From contig JALDTO010000266.1 of NCBI GenBank assembly GCA_023515725.1, positions 2,124,216-2,188,215 on the forward strand: a stretch of 64,000 nt of DNA, written 5' to 3'. Numbering within the stretch: position 1 is the first letter of the stretch; the number at the start of each line of letters is the position of its first letter. The translations under genes and the position numbers were made by a program. Origin of the DNA: Amoeboaphelidium protococcarum X5. Its lineage: Eukaryota; Fungi; Aphelidiomycota. Positions 57,852 to 64,000 of the stretch are shown here, piece after piece. The notes under the pieces were generated by a model. That model did not search any database. It saw only the letters and a program-made list of their open reading frames with translations, and was not told the origin of the DNA.

Positions 57852-58607
57852 ATGGACGGAAGCGAGCAGTAAATTGACGAGTAAGTTCGATTGACCTTGA
57901 TGGTAGATTATATTCTGCTGAATGAGATATAGGATGAGGGCGCGTTCTTCACAGAGCTATTTGAAACTGAAGTCAATAACCTTATTCGTGCATCTGTCGG
58001 AAGTCTAGCTAATTATGAGCATGCAATCGAAAGTTGTGCTCCTGGTGAATGGTTGGATGATTTTGCAGCTCATATTCTGCTTCAAGATTCAACCTTTGTC
58101 AGTCCACTCTTATCTCGGTCGTGGTGCTCAGCGTTAGGGGATATTCACTCTAGATTTGGCTACATATGTGCAGTCGGACCTGATGATGTAGTCTATTAAC
58201 GGTTTCGACAAGATAGAATGCTGTTTTTGGATCACTAGGATCATGTTCACTGGACTTTGTATGCTATATTTAAGAGACGTAAGTAGATAGTTTTTTATGA
58301 TCCGTTCTAAGGAGATGTTGATGCTCTCAAAGTCAAGAAGTACTTCAGTTTATATCGATTTTGGAATCCAGAGGAGGATATCTCAGAGTATCAGGTGAAA
58401 AGGTTTACCAATGTATCGAGACAGCGAGATCAGTACAATTGTGGTGTATTCTGTCTGATTATCGCGTAAAAGTTTATTACATCTGGTTATAGTGTCATCA
58501 ATTCATTCCATAATGTCACTTAACAGATGCTGGAGAACTTCAGATTATCAATTATAGCCAAACTTGTCGAAGAATAGAATAGAACCATCCGCTTGATGGA
58601 CAATTGA
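57852..58607 (+). CDS. Ulp1/SENP-like C48 cysteine peptidase (start uncertain)
   Basis: GEWLDD, HWTLYAI (His), FYDPF (Asp), QRDQYNCGVFCL (Gln/Cys). Confidence 0.8.
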
Positions 58608-59799
58608 TATCAGCGCTACTCAATAGAACTTCTTATTGTATTAATACATCATGCTATCTTTCTTTAGTTTGATATTTAGACACAACCAATGACGTCTTAT
58701 CTTTATATAGTCAAAATATCTTCGATTGCGTAAATGCACTTAGCATGGTTCGTAATGCACTCGCTCATCTCAGGACGCGCTCGAAGTAGAAGTTTGATTC
58801 GATAAAGATTAAGACTCCAGCCACCATACAGACACACATATCAGTCAGAAATCAGAGCAGGGAAGTATTTCCTCATATTAAATTTAATTGCCTAATTTTA
58901 AAGTCCGAAAGAACATTATTCGCATAAGTTGAACTTTTTTTTCTAAAAATTTGATCTGGATCAACATCGCGTACAGAAGGTGTTCGCCAATCTTGATGAA
59001 TAGAAATATCAAGTTACTCTTTCACCAAACCACCCATTTAAAAACCGTAAAAGGCCAATATAGCATTAATCGCTACTAGCAGTATGATTCGTAATAATTT
59101 AAATACCAAATATTGATTGATGAGTGCAATACGAGCAAGCTGGTCTCGCTATCCAAATTATTGCAGCAAGATGCAAACTCTGCAGAGCGGCACCCACCAG
59201 AACTAATCAAAGTAGGCCGGATATACTTTAGCAGCGTGATATTCATGTGGATTCTTACGCAAATGATCAGGAACATCCATCATTATATTACTGTGGTACT
59301 TTCATACTGCAACTGAGCTATATATTGACGTATATAATAGATATGCGGGCAGTCAAGGAAACGCGACACATTCGGTACATCTACTAACTGTTGCACTACT
59401 CAACATCAATAAGACTTGTGGCTAAATTTTACATAATCTAATAAAAGTAGACTTACCTGGCCGTATATAATCCATCAACACCATACTAGCACTGTCTCAT
59501 ATTTCACAATGGTCGGAGGATCCTAACACGAAATGCCCTGTACGCGTTATAAAACGCATGTTATTGATAAAAGATAGCAACTATCATTGTATAGTGCAGT
59601 TACAAAGCATATCGATTTATGTGGTAATTTTAAAGAAAATTCAGCAACGTGATTATTGATGTCTCTATTAAACCGGCATATTCTTCGACCACAAACTTAT
59701 GACGCCCTTTCTCTTCATTCATCTTCCCCGAAAACAGAGTCGCTTCAAACAACGAATTTAATAAATTAACATTGTATCATACTTGTTATATATTATTGG

Positions 59800-60596
59800 A
59801 TGGAAAATCTTAAGCAATTATAAGGCTAATTTAAAGAGACAGCTGAGGGGTATATGAGAATAATGACTGAACATGAGTTCACTGTTTACCTGTGGGAGAA
59901 GGTCTATTGTCGGTAATGTCTTACATTTCAAGAAGCTGACTAAACTCTACCGGCAGATGAAGACTTTGAAAATGAAGAGGATAAAGCATAATTCTACAAA
60001 TTATTAGATAAATGTAAGCTAAAGTATGTTCAGTGTGTTGAGAAGGACATTGCAATAATTAAGTCCAAGCCCAAGCGCACTAGAACATGGAAGGAGAACA
60101 AAATACTATAGGCCATTGAAGATCCATCCTCGGTGGTGGACTTAGATATTCCTTGCTTCTACTCTGAGATGAACTTCTCAAAGGCAAAGAGAGCTGAAGT
60201 CAATTAGAAAAACTGGACGAGGAATGGTTCGAAGTATAATACTAAAAGAAGGTTGGCAAGACAAGAATTTATCGCGAATAAAGATGCCTGTTTTGATATT
60301 CTGAGGTAACACCTTTAGCATTTACATAAGATTATATCATTTGCTTTTGTAGTAATCTGGATTTGGAAGTTCCGTAGACATTTGATTGTAGCAATGTCTA
60401 CATTATCTAGGCAAAGTAGTTATTAGACGCTGAGTTAACGGTAGAATAAGTAAAAGAGCGCGTAGATGTGAAGAAGGCCAAAAGGCATGAGCTGTTGTCA
60501 TTCAAGCTTTATTTGGATCATGCAGAGACTCGTGCGTAATTAAAATGCGCTCAAGAGAGTCTTATGGAATAATTGCAGAAGTTGAAACTGTGTTGA
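59800..60596 (+). CDS. Hypothetical protein (intron 60306-60352)
   Basis: Long open frame with TAR=Gln, continued across a GTAAC..TGTAG intron. Confidence 0.6.
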
Positions 60597-60679
60597 GTTG
60601 ATAAGCTTTGGTAAGTGTAAGTCTACAATCATGATGGCTGTGAGTAATAATTTATGTATGTTTGAGTTTTGGTCACGGA

Positions 60680-61914
60680 TCATTCACTAACTGAGGATGC
60701 TTCTTCAGAGCTGTCTGGATCATCTTCAGAATAGTCATCGAACCCCTTAACAGCAACTGGTTCTTCGGTCTCGACGTCCTCCACATCCTCAAAAGTTCCA
60801 GCATCTCCATCAGAAACTTCAGATCTAGCGCGTTCAGTAGAAGTTGAAGTAGACGCCTGACCCTGATCCTCAGGTCTACGCTCCACAAGCTTGATGCTCT
60901 GGAGATTGTCCTTGATCATTCTAACTTCTATGTCCGTCATCTTCGAAAGCTTTTTCAAACCAATTACCTTATTCTGGCCATGTACAATTCTGGACGGCAT
61001 ACCGATTACCTTGAACTGATATTTACTTGGAGCGTTAGATTGCCAGGGGAACTTCACCGGTTTGACGGCATTAACAGGAGGAACAAAGCGCTCTACACAG
61101 ATAGTATAATTGATATTACTAGCAAGAACTCCAAACTTACACCATAGACGATCGAAATGAGCGCTAACTTTGGCTACATTCTCCTCCGACTTGCGACGAA
61201 TCTCGCGCTATACCTGCTCAAGTGCTGTCGCATCCGGCACAAACTCTAAACGCCCATCGTCATTTTCCTTTACTACAAGACACTGTATGAAATATAGTCT
61301 ATAGAATATGATGAAATACTTTTATGCGGCAAGCCATGCCTCTTGCTGATATTTAACTACGACAGCATCAACTTCAGACGCGACTCGAAGTCGTTCCTCT
61401 GATTCAAATTGAAAGCATTCTCATAGTTTTACTTAAACTACTACATCATAGGAGTGGCCTTTAAATCCACATCCCACTAACCATCCTAATCCTTCCTAAC
61501 GCGGATTAGGAAAAATTCTTCCTAGTTCGTATTAGTAAGATAAGTTATCTACAATGCAATGTGGCACAAAGGGTTGCTTAACATCGAAAGCTTACCGTAG
61601 AATACATCTCTTTCATCAACTTACTGCGCGTCTCTTCTTACCAGGCATCCGGGTAGGGCCCAAACTTTGCCTTGTGCTTGTACAAATCCTTTTATTTCTG
61701 TGGTAGCTTATGCCATTGTTCCTCGAGGATTCGAGACTTTTCCTGAATATCATCGCCCTCTACATACGCGCACATACTTTATTAATTACATGATGTGATC
61801 CATCAAAACATTACCAATAGAATCCGCGTACAGCTTTTTGTAATAATTTAAACCGCCACCAACACGGGCTGCTCTAGGAAGTGGAATGCTTTTACTGTTA
61901 GATTATTTGGACAT
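60680..61914 (-). CDS. Divergent HMG-box protein with acidic tail (four short introns)
   Basis: Spliced LPRAARVGGGLNYYKKLYA...KSRILEEQWHKLPQKQKDLYKHKAK (HMG helices); later FPWQ..KVIGMP; D/E-rich end. Confidence 0.6.
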
Positions 61915-62679
61915 TGATAGAATATACTTTTGACCGTGTTATCAAGATACTGAATGTTAATCAGATAACACGAAGAGGATTTAAAATACGAGAAAAGCCC
62001 CGACACTTTAGAAAAGACTGTGTGGCTCTTTGTACACCATATCATTAACGAGCGCATGCAAAAACTAATATGAAGTAGAACATTCACATGTACCAGGACT
62101 TGTGCGGACACCGGCAGCTCTTTTAGCATGCTGAAACTTAATTCGGTAAAATGATTATTGCCTAAAAATAACACCACATATCGCAGTTATACAGTATCTG
62201 ATGTAATTTATAACTTTCACTTTGTGTAGGATAATTAAATTCCTGTATAAGAAGCCTCATTTCCGAAATATATTGCGGTTAATTGATGAGATTCATTATG
62301 AAAGTTACTATGGATTGAATCATGTCGCGTCCATCTTATGAAATCAGAATTTTATTTGCATACACTTGTGTGATACTTCAGTATCTTCCTAGTTGTTCTC
62401 ATTGACTATCTCATCATTGGGAGAAAAATTTTAATGATATAGAAAAACGTTGGACAACCTCCTAAGCAAGTTCCGACCAACACATGATTCGCTCACAAAT
62501 CGAGCGCGTGATGTTGAAACAATCAAGCCCACGCCCGCTGTATTGCCAGCCAAGAACATGCGGGCATTTACACCAAAATGCCTTATTTTAATACCAGATT
62601 TTCATATAGTATACTCTTTTTCTTAAAATCAATATTATTTTCAAGAAGTATCTTCAATCTCTTTTTTAGTTCGTCGCGC

Positions 62680-63760
62680 GTAACTGTTTGCAGAGTTTTA
62701 ACTAACTACAGTCGCCGAAGAAATACTTGAAGGATATACTGAAAGTTACAGCGACATTTTAATTGATGTCGATCTAAGCTGTAACTGGTTAGTTGCATCG
62801 CGCTGCGACCTGTCTCACTTGAAACTACGTTGTAACAACTAGAAAAGTATATTGTCTACAGTAGGCAATCATGTCGATTCTTAATAAGCGGCCAATAACT
62901 GTAATGCTTTTCTATGATCTGAGCTTATAATTCGACGATCGCTGTACACCTTAGCGTAGAGTTGATGCAACCTGAATTCTAGTTTAGACCGCGCGAACCA
63001 ATCTGAATTCCAGATCAGACTATTAGATTGTCTACAGTAGGCAATCATGTCGATTCTTAATAAGCGGTCAATAACTGTAGTGCACTGCTACGAATCAAGC
63101 TATTATTTTGGCGATTGCTGTATTACTAGTCATACATTAGGTGCAATCTAAATTCCAGGTTACGCCGCGCGATTTAATCCGAATTCCAGATTGGATTATT
63201 ATATTGTCTGTAATGCGAAATATAATCTTCAGTTGGTCAGCGGTCAATCGCTGCAATGTAGTTCCATGATCTAAGCTTATAGCTCAGCGATTGCTCTTTT
63301 GTTCGTCATAAAGTTGGTGCAATCTGAATTCCAGTTTGGACTGCGCGAAACAATCTGAATTCCAGATTGAACTGTAACATTAACTACAACACGCTATATA
63401 GTCATTACTTTATAAGCGGTCTATTACTGCAGTGTAGCCGATGATTTTAGCTGCTCATCCACTGAGCATTGTAAAACTGGGCATAGAGTTGATGCAACCT
63501 GAATTCTAGTTTAGACCGCGCGAACCAATCTGAATTCCAGATCAGACTATTAGATTTCCTACAATGCGTTGTGCAGTCAATTCCTTATAAGCGGTCAATA
63601 ACTGTAATGCAATTCTATGATTTAAGCTATGATTTTGGACATAGCCGTATTGTAAGTCATACATTACTTGTAATCTGGAATTCAGTTTACTACGCGCTAA
63701 TTTGCCTGAAATTCAGTTTACTCCGCGCCAAACAATTTGAATTCCAGATCGGACTAGTAG
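62680..63760. repeat. Tandem array of about six diverged 176-bp monomers
   Basis: Homologous positions at 62852, 63028, 63204, about 63380 and about 63555; each monomer has GAATTC..CGCG..GAATTCCAGAT; outer boundaries approximate. Confidence 0.85.
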
Positions 63761-64000
63761 ACAAGATAGATGCCCAATATTTACCATATGCAGTATGCAT
63801 TCGAGAAATCTCAAGCAAGCAGCTCTTTGTCTGGTCCAAAAAAAGTCGATTACAGTTTTGATGCATACGCTCCATAGCGAATGCAGTTTTTATGCATTTG
63901 GATTACCTTGCCAGCGAAAAACTACCAAGTTACCGCTTCAGGTATAGTTGATTCAGAAAAATCAGTAGATGGGACTTGAATACTTTTTACCGCATCAAAG

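Noticed and set aside
62680-63760. CRISPR-like array or coding repeat
   Set aside because: Whole monomers are homologous with no unique spacers, no cas genes are present, and a 176-bp period breaks the reading frame

Overview
Gene-dense, intron-poor eukaryotic DNA with fungus-like genes. It uses a non-standard nuclear code in which TAA/TAG encode Gln and TGA is the only stop, so the supplied ORF track is fragmented; all CDS below were re-read by hand with TAR=Gln. The gene content plus this code fit the aphelid algal parasite Amoeboaphelidium protococcarum (inferred, not proven). The window holds about 20 conserved genes: THOC3-like, SSNA1, a mitochondrial carrier, IPK1, Hook, GH72/Gas, R3H, otubain, NEO1, SPATA20, SGT2, EDC4, RVB2, TPX2, PBP1, SAC2, PABPN1, PIG-M, uL3m, RSP5 and COQ2. 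Mobile DNA includes a frameshifted Tc1 element, a KDZ-transposase relic, a very young Copia element inserted in the COQ2 coding exon, a Ulp1 + HMG module and a 176-bp tandem array. The most notable feature is a dispersed three-member family of secreted Ser/Thr/Pro-stalk proteins. Their C-terminal ~194-aa domain resembles the bacterial FrpC/ApxIVA self-processing (covalent cross-linking) module, but has Ser-Pro instead of Asp-Pro at the processing site. Other candidates are a Kex2-released amphipathic peptide precursor and a structured ncRNA.
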